NCBI GenBank assembly: GCA_040285745.1 | Contig: JAUFOR010000008.1 | Span: forward strand, 1,984,001 to 2,048,000 | Source: Barthelona sp. PCE | Lineage: Eukaryota | Length of the DNA stretch: 64,000 bases | Direction of reading: 5' to 3' | Shown here: positions 50,921 through 61,131 of the stretch, in pieces | How the letters are laid out: every line of letters starts with the position of its first letter | How positions within the stretch are numbered: the first letter of the stretch is position 1 | Notes under the pieces: model-generated | The model's input: the letters and a program-made list of their open reading frames with translations, nothing else | What the model was told of the DNA's origin: nothing | The model's database searches: none | Position numbers and translations under genes: made by a program

Positions 50921-52876
50921 TTACATTTTTTTTGACTTATGATGGTCAATTCGAATAAATCGAGATTCTTGGAGGAAATCACTAACAAAGAACAGTCTTT
51001 CAGAGAACAATTCTCTTCCATTAAATATATGACGGATGAAACAACGCGAGTCCTTTTCATACTGAATTGTGCAAATAGCCCCCTCATTGTTAAATTCATA
51101 AGGAGATGATGCTGTACCACACATCTCCGTTGGAAGATCTACCTCCTCAATAAGTTCCATTGTTATATCTTCAACAAGAAATGCACTGACCTTGTCAACC
51201 AAAAGGGTTGGTGTTGGAAATGCCTGCACAGCTATATACTTTGAACTCTCTGTAATAACAGTGCTATTGAATATCCCTTCACCAAAACAGCCCATTTTCA
51301 AGTGATACTTTGATCGGCTACTTCCTACAAGATATGAAAAAATGGAACTGTCGCTTTCACAAAACTTGACTGCAGTGAATTCTAAATCCAATCGAACACT
51401 GAGAACGTACTCTCCACCAACCAACTTAAATTGTAAAATACAATTTTGTGCAGAGATATTGATAACTCTATCATAAACACAAACATTTTCAATTGGTGTT
51501 GAATTATCAAAAATCTTTCCGTTAATCATTATCTTTTCCGTCAGGGAACATTGCGACACGGTGACACATTCATCAAAATGCATGATAATATCAAATGCTT
51601 CGAAATTAACCGACTTGCTTTCATTCTCAAATACTTCACAGAAGGTACCATAAGTCATTTTATCGTCACATATACCAAAACGTATTGTCCTTTCGATTGT
51701 TCTATGAATGAAATCCAGTTCAACATTGCAGTTATGTCCAAATACTGAGAAACACACTTTATCCTTCAAATCAAAACAACATATACACTTTGGAAACTCG
51801 AAATAGATGAAGTTGTCTTGGTATCTGAATCGAGAAAGGTGATTTGTAAAGAACATTAATGAAGAAATAGGTATAGGTTTGTACATTTTCATCGTCTGGT
51901 TCTCAATGCAGCACACATTCTCGTCAAACACCTCACAAAGGTCAGCTTCCTCCAAATTTTCCACCTGCTGTTTGGAAACTGGTAATGCCATTGGGAAAGA
52001 CCATTTTTTTAACTCACTGACACCTCCACTCTTTGAAAACACTAAAATTTCACCGTTGCTACCATTAAGCCACACTGTCTTCTGCATGTCGGTCCATGCA
52101 GCGATGATAACCCACTGCGGGTCAATGCGAAACTTGTCCGTGATTCCGAATTCCTCAAAAACATTAATATCCTCACCTGTTGCAATACATACCAAAGAAA
52201 ATTCAGTAATCGACTTGAATCTAAACTTAAAACATGAAATCCAATCAGGCGCATTCAATACTGTTGTTGAATGAGGTCCATACTGAGGACAAGAAATCAA
52301 ACACTGTTCAATACTCTTTCCATTGTACAAGTCTTCGAATGAATCCCTTAAGATGAACCCAAAATCCTTTGTGGACAGTGACATAACAACTATCCCAGAG
52401 GTGGAGTCCAGCATATGGCTGTTCACTTTCAAGGTATAATCTTCATCTAAAAGGCGAACAAGTTCATTTTCCACATGATACAGGTATAATCCAGGCTTTG
52501 CATCCCATATCCAAATATTTCTGGTTGCAATTCTCATCTCTGCCTTTTTAAACTTCTTAACATCTGGAAAAAAACTCATTGGAAAAACGTGCTCGAACAT
52601 CAGCCTCATCTTTATATCACTTACAAACATCTGGATCTCATAGAACTTCACAGTTCGCTCCTCAACAGTATAGCAAAAATGATCATCATGATGATTGAAT
52701 AAAAAATAATTACCATCATTACACGTGGTTACCTTATTCAAAAAGAAACATGGGTGTTCAAACCATGGAACAGATGATTCAACCTGAACAGAACAACTAT
52801 CAACACCCTGAGCTACATAAGCCCCTTTCACTGAATGCACAATAATACCATCATCAAACAGTTGTCTTCGTGGCAT
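50921..52876 (-). CDS. Hypothetical protein
   Basis: ~650-aa uninterrupted ORF, beta-rich composition, upstream CCTTTTTCA element. Confidence 0.6.
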   Translation of the reverse strand: MPRRQLFDDGIIVHSVKGAYVAQGVDSCSVQVESSVPWFEHPCFFLNKVTTCNDGNYFLFNHHDDHFCYTVEERTVKFYEIQMFVSDIKMRLMFEHVFPMSFFPDVKKFKKAEMRIATRNIWIWDAKPGLYLYHVENELVRLLDEDYTLKVNSHMLDSTSGIVVMSLSTKDFGFILRDSFEDLYNGKSIEQCLISCPQYGPHSTTVLNAPDWISCFKFRFKSITEFSLVCIATGEDINVFEEFGITDKFRIDPQWVIIAAWTDMQKTVWLNGSNGEILVFSKSGGVSELKKWSFPMALPVSKQQVENLEEADLCEVFDENVCCIENQTMKMYKPIPISSLMFFTNHLSRFRYQDNFIYFEFPKCICCFDLKDKVCFSVFGHNCNVELDFIHRTIERTIRFGICDDKMTYGTFCEVFENESKSVNFEAFDIIMHFDECVTVSQCSLTEKIMINGKIFDNSTPIENVCVYDRVINISAQNCILQFKLVGGEYVLSVRLDLEFTAVKFCESDSSIFSYLVGSSRSKYHLKMGCFGEGIFNSTVITESSKYIAVQAFPTPTLLVDKVSAFLVEDITMELIEEVDLPTEMCGTASSPYEFNNEGAICTIQYEKDSRCFIRHIFNGRELFSERLFFVSDFLQESRFIRIDHHKSKKM

Positions 52877-53156
52877 GTTCAACAAAAATCAACCAAAAAA
52901 TTTGAAAAATGACTGAAAAAGGAGAGTAAATAGAAAACAATGCCTGAATTATGAAATGTTAGTCCCTAGTCTTTCAAACCCAAACATATACTAGATTAGA
53001 CCAGTTAATACATATAAATAACTTGTACAGACTACTTACAACTTTTTTTAAAAGTCAGGCAGATTTTTCCACCCTTATTTTTCATATAAATTTATGGAAT
53101 CATCATATAGCTAGTTAATATGGTACTTTTATTTTATTTAGATATGCATAAAAGCA

Positions 53157-55169
53157 CTACTCTGATTTGATTTCAAAAGCATCAAAACCTGTGCTATCAT
53201 GGTTCAATGTCGTGTACCATGGAACTTTTTCTCTCTGAACCTGTTCAGGAACCTTCTCCATCACAGAATCCAAGTTATCTATCAATATCTGTCGATTAAT
53301 GTCCCAATTCGGCTTGTGACGCTCCAAAACCAGTACAGTTTCGAAGTGTGTGGTGTGTGGGAACATATCAACACAATAAACCTGTGTGGGAAAGAAAGGA
53401 GCACCTTGATACGAATTGCTCTTTGCTCTTGCGAAGTTGGGGAGCACATTCTTCAGGCTATCCGGACCGCAGCAAATATAGATAAGTTTATCAATAGGTA
53501 GTTGGCGAATCGCCTTTACCAGCTTGGCACCTACACCAGCACGCGGTGGGTCGATGATTGCCACAATATCGCTATTACCTGCAATGGACTGCAATACCCT
53601 GCCCTTCACAGACTCACATGGTGCAGCAAGATACTGACACTTATCACCGAATGGGAATTTCGTCTTGTTGATTTCGCATGTTTTGATTGCGTGAGGGTCT
53701 ATATCGACACCAAAAACAGCGTGGATCTTCTCAGGGTCGCTTTCATACAATCTAGAAGCGAGTAACAGACCCACAACACCTGATCCGCAACAGATGTCGA
53801 GGATCGTCGTTGGCTTGTCTTTGGTAACAATCAGGGACATTACGCTGTCAAAGAGAAGCTCAGATGCCTTAACATTAACCTGGAAGAAAGATCGGGGATC
53901 AACAGTGAAAGGAAATCCAAACAACGACTTTGTGAGTTCCGGAAAGTGCGGTTTGTGCATAACAAAAACATCACTATCGCGACAAACGTCATCATAACCA
54001 ACAGCTGCCAACCCAAGAATGCTTTCTGGAACATCAACTGTGAAGAAAGACAATAACGCCTCGTCAAACGCAGGGATATCTGAGATCTCGGCTAAATCTA
54101 AGCTAAACATGATTGCAATACCCTGGTCGTACTTATGCATGACTAGATTGGACATACACCCGCTTTTACCTGCTGGATTATATTTTGCAGGTTGTGGCGT
54201 GAACTTTCCAAGCCAATTATTAATCAGTTCCGCGTAAAACACAAACGAGGGGTCAATAATCTGTGAGAAATGACACGGATAAACTTTACCGGCGTTCATA
54301 AAACCAAAACCTGTTGACCCATCCTCGAATTCTCCGAAACTCAGATCAACCTTGTTACGATACTGTGATCTGCTGTTCTCTGGGGCGGGAAGGCATCCTC
54401 CAAATCGCATAGGAAGAAGACCTGCCTTGTACGACAAGGGGTGAAGACCCCCTTCAATGTTATCAAGCGAGCATTCAATTGGATGAAAGTACTCCGCAGT
54501 GGGTACAATGTATGGTGTGTCTGACAAAAACGTGCACATGTTCAACGTACGACGCAATTGTTTATCCATAAAGGGTTTGAATCCCTTGTAATTGGTTTTG
54601 GCAACACTCCTGAGTGCTACAGCCAGAATATCACATGCATAGTCGGCCTTTAAAACAACCTGCTCATCATATGGTAAGAATGCAAGTGGAGTAGTTCCCA
54701 ATGCAAGAGAGGGCAAAAATCGAGGAATCAACTTGTCATTCAAGCCAGAAGCCTCCTTCCAAAACTTGAGGGAGCTTCGCGAAAGGGTGGCCTTCATGCG
54801 CAAAGGAACCAAATCATCATCCTCATTTCTTGAAGATTTTGCTCTTCGAATCATTATTTCACAATCACACTCGCTCAGGCGCTCGGCACTCTTGTATGTA
54901 TCGACAAACTGCTGTCTTTCCTCCTCTGAATTGAAATCAACAACTGCAAAATTTTCACTTGCAACAAGTTTAACCTTTTTGCATACTATACCAACTTGTT
55001 CGGTGATGATATCGGTTATAGTAGCGACCTTCAGGTTCTGAAGACCTCCTCCCTTAATCTTAAGTGAATACTTTTTCTCAATTTTCATTTCCCGAACCTC
55101 GAATGCAAATGGCACCGGTATCGCTTCGGCTGCAGCTCTGCCGTAATGAATAATATCACAATAATCCAT
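53157..55169 (-). CDS. tRNA (uracil-5)-methyltransferase Trm2/TRMT2A-like
   Basis: YRNKV, SFFQVN, LDICCGSG, IIDPPRAG, YICC, VDMFPHT.HFE. Confidence 0.88.
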   Translation of the reverse strand: MDYCDIIHYGRAAAEAIPVPFAFEVREMKIEKKYSLKIKGGGLQNLKVATITDIITEQVGIVCKKVKLVASENFAVVDFNSEEERQQFVDTYKSAERLSECDCEIMIRRAKSSRNEDDDLVPLRMKATLSRSSLKFWKEASGLNDKLIPRFLPSLALGTTPLAFLPYDEQVVLKADYACDILAVALRSVAKTNYKGFKPFMDKQLRRTLNMCTFLSDTPYIVPTAEYFHPIECSLDNIEGGLHPLSYKAGLLPMRFGGCLPAPENSRSQYRNKVDLSFGEFEDGSTGFGFMNAGKVYPCHFSQIIDPSFVFYAELINNWLGKFTPQPAKYNPAGKSGCMSNLVMHKYDQGIAIMFSLDLAEISDIPAFDEALLSFFTVDVPESILGLAAVGYDDVCRDSDVFVMHKPHFPELTKSLFGFPFTVDPRSFFQVNVKASELLFDSVMSLIVTKDKPTTILDICCGSGVVGLLLASRLYESDPEKIHAVFGVDIDPHAIKTCEINKTKFPFGDKCQYLAAPCESVKGRVLQSIAGNSDIVAIIDPPRAGVGAKLVKAIRQLPIDKLIYICCGPDSLKNVLPNFARAKSNSYQGAPFFPTQVYCVDMFPHTTHFETVLVLERHKPNWDINRQILIDNLDSVMEKVPEQVQREKVPWYTTLNHDSTGFDAFEIKSE

Positions 55170-55308
55170 AAATAAACAAATAGTAATGAAATAAGTGAAA
55201 TACACAAAAACACACAATAAAATGATTACATAATCTTTAAATTTTACAAGGTCACAAAAAAATCATTTAGTAACGTATAAACCTCACAAATAAGACTAAA
55301 AAAAAAGA

Positions 55309-57027
55309 CTACAACTCAACATCATCGTAAAATTCACAAAAAACTTTAACAACCATTCCACTCTTTGTGCCCAACCAAAGATAATTATCTTCGATGTGCA
55401 TTGCAGAGATTTGAGTTGCACTTGGGTTAGCTACTAACCCAGCAACAAGAGCATCATCACAATTAGCATCAAAAAAATCAAGTACTAAAAACCATCTCAC
55501 AACTTCAAAATCTTTAACCACAAGTAACATACCTCCTGATGCAATTAAGATAAATCTCTTAAAACACTTCATACAGGTGACACGCTTGGCAAACGTATGA
55601 GCAAAAATTTCAGCATAACTAATAGGATCAATGAAAGTCATAATATTCCCGTAATCAATAACCACAGACAGTTTCTTATCGAATTCTTGTGGTGTATCAT
55701 TGAAATAAAAGGTGAAAGAATTCTCTTCTTTTGGTGGCAGACGACCCACACGAACAAAACCAATATCAAAAACACGCCAAGGAAATTTCCTGACAAAATG
55801 GGTAATACTTTTCTCTGCACGGTATGCTTTCTCGATATCTTCCCTCTCATCAAGTGTCCAATTCCTGTTATATCTGGCTGAACCATATGTAGTAACCAGT
55901 TTTAGATACGGGAACAAAACGTTATGAAAAATATGCACTGTATTAGCACAAGAAACCATTAAAACATCATCTTGTTTGGTATATACACATGAATAAGCAT
56001 GATGCATCAAGGATGGAATGATTGGAAATTCTATCAACATACTGTTGTTGTCAAAAACATTATTAACTCGAATCACATCACGCAAAACATTAATCACCAA
56101 TAATTGATTTTGAAATACAACAAAAGTAAATGCCCTAATAACGTCATTAACGCTTAAACTTGTATTTTCAAAACCTTTCTCGAGTGAAAAAAAACGTAAT
56201 TTGTCAACCTCTCCAAAAACAATGAGATCGATGTCCAAAACATCGAGGCAAACACGATGTAAAGGGTTGATTGTTGTGTAACGTATGTTTTCACCACCTT
56301 GAAATGGTGTGTTCAAACCCGTAACGACACTCTTAAATTTGACAGTTCTGTTGCTGAAAGAATGAAAGGAAGCACTGCTTTTTGTAGAAATGAAGTCGGA
56401 AGAAGTGGATCCACCTAAAACAGGGGGAGTAGGATCAGGACACTGAATATCTGACATTGATGGTTCTTGTGGAAGCGAAGGCAGTGCTGCACTTGTTGCA
56501 ATTTGACTTTGTTCCACGTTACTAATAGCAAATTCAGGAATATTAAAAGCAAAAGGATCTTCTTCCTCTAAACTACCAACACTAGAAGCTGGGGAAGCAC
56601 CAACCTCAGTTGGAAACGAGCTCCCTTGATCGAGAAAGCATCTCATATCAAGAACTTCTAAACTACTGACAAAAATTATACTATTCAGCACGTCATCTGT
56701 AACTTTAAGTCTAGATCGAATTTTTCCATTAACAGATTCTACAATATGAATATAATCTCCTCCACTAATCAAAATCAATCCATCATCTTTTGATGAAGAA
56801 ATATGAGTAATTGGACCATCAAGAACAATGTGGCTTTCGTAATTTAAATCAAGAAAATCAGCCTTCTTTTTATACTTAAGCATCGTAAACTGTTCAAGTG
56901 ACTCTTGTAATTTTGATTTATCATTTGATAAATCCAGTACAAAACTTATTGGTTGTTTATCTTGATTGATAGTTGCACACGATTCTGAACGCCGTTTTTT
57001 GGGCATTTCAGCGTGCGCAGGTATCAT
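55309..57027 (-). CDS. Hypothetical protein with WD40-like segments
   Basis: 572-aa ORF; ITHISSSKDDGLILISGGD and ISAMHI...LWLGTKSG.V blades. Confidence 0.55.
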   Translation of the reverse strand: MIPAHAEMPKKRRSESCATINQDKQPISFVLDLSNDKSKLQESLEQFTMLKYKKKADFLDLNYESHIVLDGPITHISSSKDDGLILISGGDYIHIVESVNGKIRSRLKVTDDVLNSIIFVSSLEVLDMRCFLDQGSSFPTEVGASPASSVGSLEEEDPFAFNIPEFAISNVEQSQIATSAALPSLPQEPSMSDIQCPDPTPPVLGGSTSSDFISTKSSASFHSFSNRTVKFKSVVTGLNTPFQGGENIRYTTINPLHRVCLDVLDIDLIVFGEVDKLRFFSLEKGFENTSLSVNDVIRAFTFVVFQNQLLVINVLRDVIRVNNVFDNNSMLIEFPIIPSLMHHAYSCVYTKQDDVLMVSCANTVHIFHNVLFPYLKLVTTYGSARYNRNWTLDEREDIEKAYRAEKSITHFVRKFPWRVFDIGFVRVGRLPPKEENSFTFYFNDTPQEFDKKLSVVIDYGNIMTFIDPISYAEIFAHTFAKRVTCMKCFKRFILIASGGMLLVVKDFEVVRWFLVLDFFDANCDDALVAGLVANPSATQISAMHIEDNYLWLGTKSGMVVKVFCEFYDDVEL

Positions 57028-57617
57028 CAATATTACAAAAACTGCCAGAAAGGGGAAGAAACTTTAAAACAATAATTCAGAACGATTACAAACTTTACAA
57101 GATGCTTGACTCGATATTCATTGATATTTGGACACGGGTGATGATAATGAATACGTCTAAATCAACAATGTATCAAAAATTTCAAGAATCTTAATCTCAA
57201 AAACTAAAAACTTTTTGAATGTGTACCATAACTCTCCTTCAAATAAAACTAAGAGCCAAACACATAACTTTCACCAAATTAGCAAATCTAAGAACTAACA
57301 AAAACGGAACTAACACTCACTTCAACTAAATAGTTGCAAAACTGTGTGTCTAAGATCCACATGGGGCTCAAAATATTTTGTTTAAGTTGTAAAGGGATAT
57401 GGTAGAAAACGAAGTATAAGGATATATAAGTGACACTTTTCAGGCATTGGTTTACATAAGAACACAGATCTGATTTGGAATTGCCAGCATACATATGTGA
57501 GTTTGTAAAGAGCGTTTAAAAATTCAATCTATGCTTTACAAGAACAAAATTGCTAATACTTTTCCAACCCTTTTCCATAACAGTTCTAAAACTTGTTTAA
57601 ATATCTGAGTAGACAAT

Positions 57618-58330
57618 ATGGGCAAAAAGAATGAATTCGTTAACAATATAAGATGAAGTTTAGAGGAAATATTAACGATGAAGAGGAATAACGATAAAAT
57701 TTAACATAACAATGTTGATTTAAACCTAATAATGACTGAAATTTGTAATGAAATTACTATAAGAAACCCTAAAGATGAATTACATTTTAGTGCTTTAGAC
57801 TTCTTTAAAGAACATATTGACACGCTTGAGTCTCGCAAGGATGGGCAATTTTCGTTGCCTCAATCCGCCGTTTCCCCATTTGGCAAGTATTCAAGCAAAC
57901 AAAATCAAATAGGCGTGATTTATGTAGATTCGAGTGATTTCAGTACAATATCTGATGATCTCAACTTTTTTGTAACCCAGGAAGCGAACATCAAGTAATT
58001 TGTTTGATATTATAAAATCTGGATCCGATGATTATATGCAACATTCTTTACTGGTTGAAAGTGATGATGAAAGTGGGTTTAAAGAATTTGATGGGGTATC
58101 ATGGTTCACTTTCGTGTTTGGAGGATCCAATTTTACTATTACTTGAACAATTGAATAGTATATTATCTTCATGTGTTTTGACAATAATTGCACACCATAT
58201 TCGATTCGAGTATATGTTGAAAATCGTATATTATCTTCATGTGTTTTGACAATAATTGCACACCATATTCGATTCGAGTATATGTTGAAAATCCGTTTGA
58301 CCTCTATCATTACCATTTGCAATAATAAAA
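57618..58330 (+). pseudogene. Decayed gene of unknown family
   Basis: ATG 57618 is in frame with ORF 57732-57998 but interrupted by TGA 57654 and TAA 57702; coding-like text continues through further stops and a frameshifting duplication; 3' end uncertain. Confidence 0.5.
58158..58293. repeat. Perfect 68-bp tandem duplication (2 copies)
   Basis: gtatattatc...gttgaaaatc at 58158-58225 and 58226-58293. Confidence 0.95.
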
Positions 58331-58834
58331 CTCGATGTAAACTCATTTGAATTTTTTCCTCCCTTTTACGTTTTTGCCATTTAACATTTACCATTGTAGG
58401 TTGGAGGATTTTGCATCGGGGCTATGTTTGTTGAGATGACGCATTGATTTTAGCATTCCGCATCATTTTTTCATAAAAAATTTTGTTTAAGGATTTACAC
58501 AGTCTACGAAGTATGATCTATGATGGCAAGTTGATCTCATGTTGCCGAACTACACTTTTTTGTTCTTACAGTGTGAGCACAAAGAAAAAAAGTTTGAGAT
58601 GTTTTACCACAAGTAAAGAGAGTTTGTTAATATCAACACCATATTCAATCTAACAGCAGTTTTTAGCTACTGTACAGCAACCATAGCCATCTATACATCT
58701 TTACGATGTACCAGAATTTTTCTCTCAAATATGTGGTTGAGTGATCATTTTTTTCATAAAACTGTGAATAAAACTTCGTTTTTTGATGTTTATTAAGCTG
58801 CATATTGTTAGAATAGCATGTCATGCGACAATGC

Positions 58835-59541
58835 TTAATCTTCCTCATCATCAGGAAGAGCAAAGTCGTCTTCGCCCCAACCATTGTTAAGTTCGGCAAG
58901 AGTCTCTTCATCAAGTTCTTCATCAACACGATGAGCAACTTCATCAGTGATTTCCAAATCATCAGTCTCAGTGACCTTCCTCATCAAGACTTCAAAAGGC
59001 TTCTCGTACTGGAAACCAGTCTTGGCAGAAATGGGAATGTACTTCATGCTGTAACGACGATGGAAAGAGATATCACGATTCTTAACACGACGATCAGTGA
59101 CCTCAGTCTTGTTACCAACGAGAACCATATCCAAATCATCACCAACAATACGGGTGATGTTGTCGTACCAATGTCCCACACGTTGATAAGTTGCTTTTGA
59201 AGTTAAATCAAACATAATAATGGCACAATCAGCCTTGAGGTAGTATCCGTCTCTCAGACCACCGAACTTCTCTTGACCGGCAGTATCCCAGACATCAAAG
59301 ATAATCTTACCGTAATTTGTTGTGAAATCTAAAGGAGAAATTGTTACACCGGTTGTAGCTAAATGTTAGCTCTAAAATTTGAAACCTAAAGCCAAAGGCT
59401 CTAAAACATACGCAAATAACGTTTCTCAAAGTGACCAGTCTTATGGCGCTTAACTAGAGTAGTTTTACCAACACCACCATCGCCTACGAGAACAAGCTTG
59501 TATCTGCCGACACATTCTTCATCAGTACCTTCGTATGACAT
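58835..59541 (-). CDS. RAN: Ran GTPase, two exons 59541-59412 and 59358-58835
   Basis: [42 protein letters not shown]; acidic end ALPDDEED. Confidence 0.95.
59359..59411 (-). other. Spliceosomal intron, 53 nt
   Basis: GTATGT...GCTAAC-ATTT-AG; removal gives YLP-TTGV in frame. Confidence 0.92.
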
Positions 59542-59742
59542 GTTTGAAAATCAGTGAAAAGGGAATAAATCTGAAAATGAGAAAAAACAATGATGTATGA
59601 TATACCAGTTACATTGAGTTACTGGGTGTGCTCTAAAACAAAAGGCGCATATATTTCAACTGAAGCATTCTTAAAAAAACAACACAGAAACACTTTTCTT
59701 TCCCTTCTCACATGCATCTTTTTTTTGAGGGCCTATTTATCA

Positions 59743-60189
59743 ATGTCTGATCTAAAAAGTGTTGCAATACACATAAACAAAATGTGTGATGCCATCCAAA
59801 GTGCAAACAAAGTGTTGAACATTTTGAGAACGTTAATTGTACAGGATAAAGTGCAAATCAGTGGGCCCACGCCGAAACAGAATTCAGATGCGATACGTTT
59901 AGAGGAGTTAATACTTCAATTTCGCAGCATTTGCTCATCTGCTTATGCTAACCTCGCAGACTTTTCTATTTCACATTTAAGTGAATTCATATCAAGCGAT
60001 CCTCTCATATCCAGCATCGTGGAGTCGCATCATAGAACGCAAAAGTGTTTTCAGCATTTTACTAACCTTGATCTGAATGCAATGCCTCTTGTTATTGAAG
60101 TTGATACCGTTATAGTCATCAACTATCTGAGAGATGAGCTGGTTCATTGGAATAGAATCAGACAGCAAATTGCATCCTTTGAAGCATAA
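59743..60189 (+). CDS. Hypothetical helical protein; overlaps the next ORF
   Basis: ORF from ATG 59743 (MSDLKS..) after an AT/pyrimidine-rich leader. Confidence 0.5.
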   Translation: MSDLKSVAIHINKMCDAIQSANKVLNILRTLIVQDKVQISGPTPKQNSDAIRLEELILQFRSICSSAYANLADFSISHLSEFISSDPLISSIVESHHRTQKCFQHFTNLDLNAMPLVIEVDTVIVINYLRDELVHWNRIRQQIASFEA

Positions 60190-61129
60190 GAATCCTACAG
60201 CTTCCCCTGCGTTAATTTCTCCGAAACCGTATTCACCCGAGTCGTTCACACCTATATCCTCTCCACCACAGAAAATGCAGGCAACAGGCAGTTCAGAGTG
60301 GCCAACATTCACGCCTTCTCTTCTCAACAAAGATTATGTTGTGCCACAAGTCGGATTCAATGAGCTCGATTTCGAGCCTATTGAAACCATTGATATTTTT
60401 AACGGACTGTACACTGACGGTATATCCGTGCACACTTCCACGCAGCAGACTACGCAGAGCACTATTGATGTGGAAGATAAAATGGAAAATGTCGTGGAAG
60501 ATCTTGATATAGAGACCCTAGTATCAATCGCATTGTTACAATCCAATGACGACCAAATTGTCGCACTCCACTTTGGCTTCCCTGAATACATTAGAAGTAG
60601 GTTGTCCATCCCTGATGATCACAGATTTTTGACGTTGCTTCATAACAACCCCAATGCCAAATTGAACGAGATCCGGGAATTAATGGATCGCTTCATGCAG
60701 CCGCATCTGGTGGGAGTATTCCCTCGGCACAGCGTGGAATTCCTTGCTGTTTCATCAGCACGAAGGTCAGCTAAAGAACTTGTGTTGAAGATTGTTGATG
60801 CTCTTCATGAAGAACCGTTGAAAAGAAATGATCTTTGCACCCGAATTGGTGAGGATCCTAGGCGTATATCATCCATTCTACCTGTTCTAAAGGCTTTGGG
60901 AATAATTAACCCAAAGATGAAGAGAGGTCAAAAATTAATCTACGACAAAAGGCAGACTCTTTTATTATGTAACGCAAACGCCTGGTGTTGGTATCTGAAG
61001 AATTTGAAAAATATGCGTGATAAACTAAGTGAGCGGGTTAAGATCCTTACAAAAATCCGCGATAAAAACTGGAGCAAGATTGATTCAGAAGATGAGAGAA
61101 TGCTTGAAATCCCTTCATTCCAATCATAG
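60134..61129 (+). CDS. Putative E2F/DP-like winged-helix protein; start uncertain
   Basis: RSAKELVLKIVDAL...NDLCTRIG..PRRISSILPVLKALGII followed by a heptad helix. Confidence 0.5.
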   Translation: MSWFIGIESDSKLHPLKHKNPTASPALISPKPYSPESFTPISSPPQKMQATGSSEWPTFTPSLLNKDYVVPQVGFNELDFEPIETIDIFNGLYTDGISVHTSTQQTTQSTIDVEDKMENVVEDLDIETLVSIALLQSNDDQIVALHFGFPEYIRSRLSIPDDHRFLTLLHNNPNAKLNEIRELMDRFMQPHLVGVFPRHSVEFLAVSSARRSAKELVLKIVDALHEEPLKRNDLCTRIGEDPRRISSILPVLKALGIINPKMKRGQKLIYDKRQTLLLCNANAWCWYLKNLKNMRDKLSERVKILTKIRDKNWSKIDSEDERMLEIPSFQS

Positions 61130-61131
61130 AA

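Noticed and set aside
57618-58000. Alternative genetic code or readthrough explaining the in-frame stops
   Set aside because: TAA, TAG and TGA each terminate genes elsewhere in the window, and frameshifts are also present
59366-59407. TTTTAGAGC twice on the minus strand, resembling a Cas9 CRISPR repeat start
   Set aside because: Only 9 bp, two copies, inside a spliceosomal intron of a eukaryotic gene; no array or cas genes
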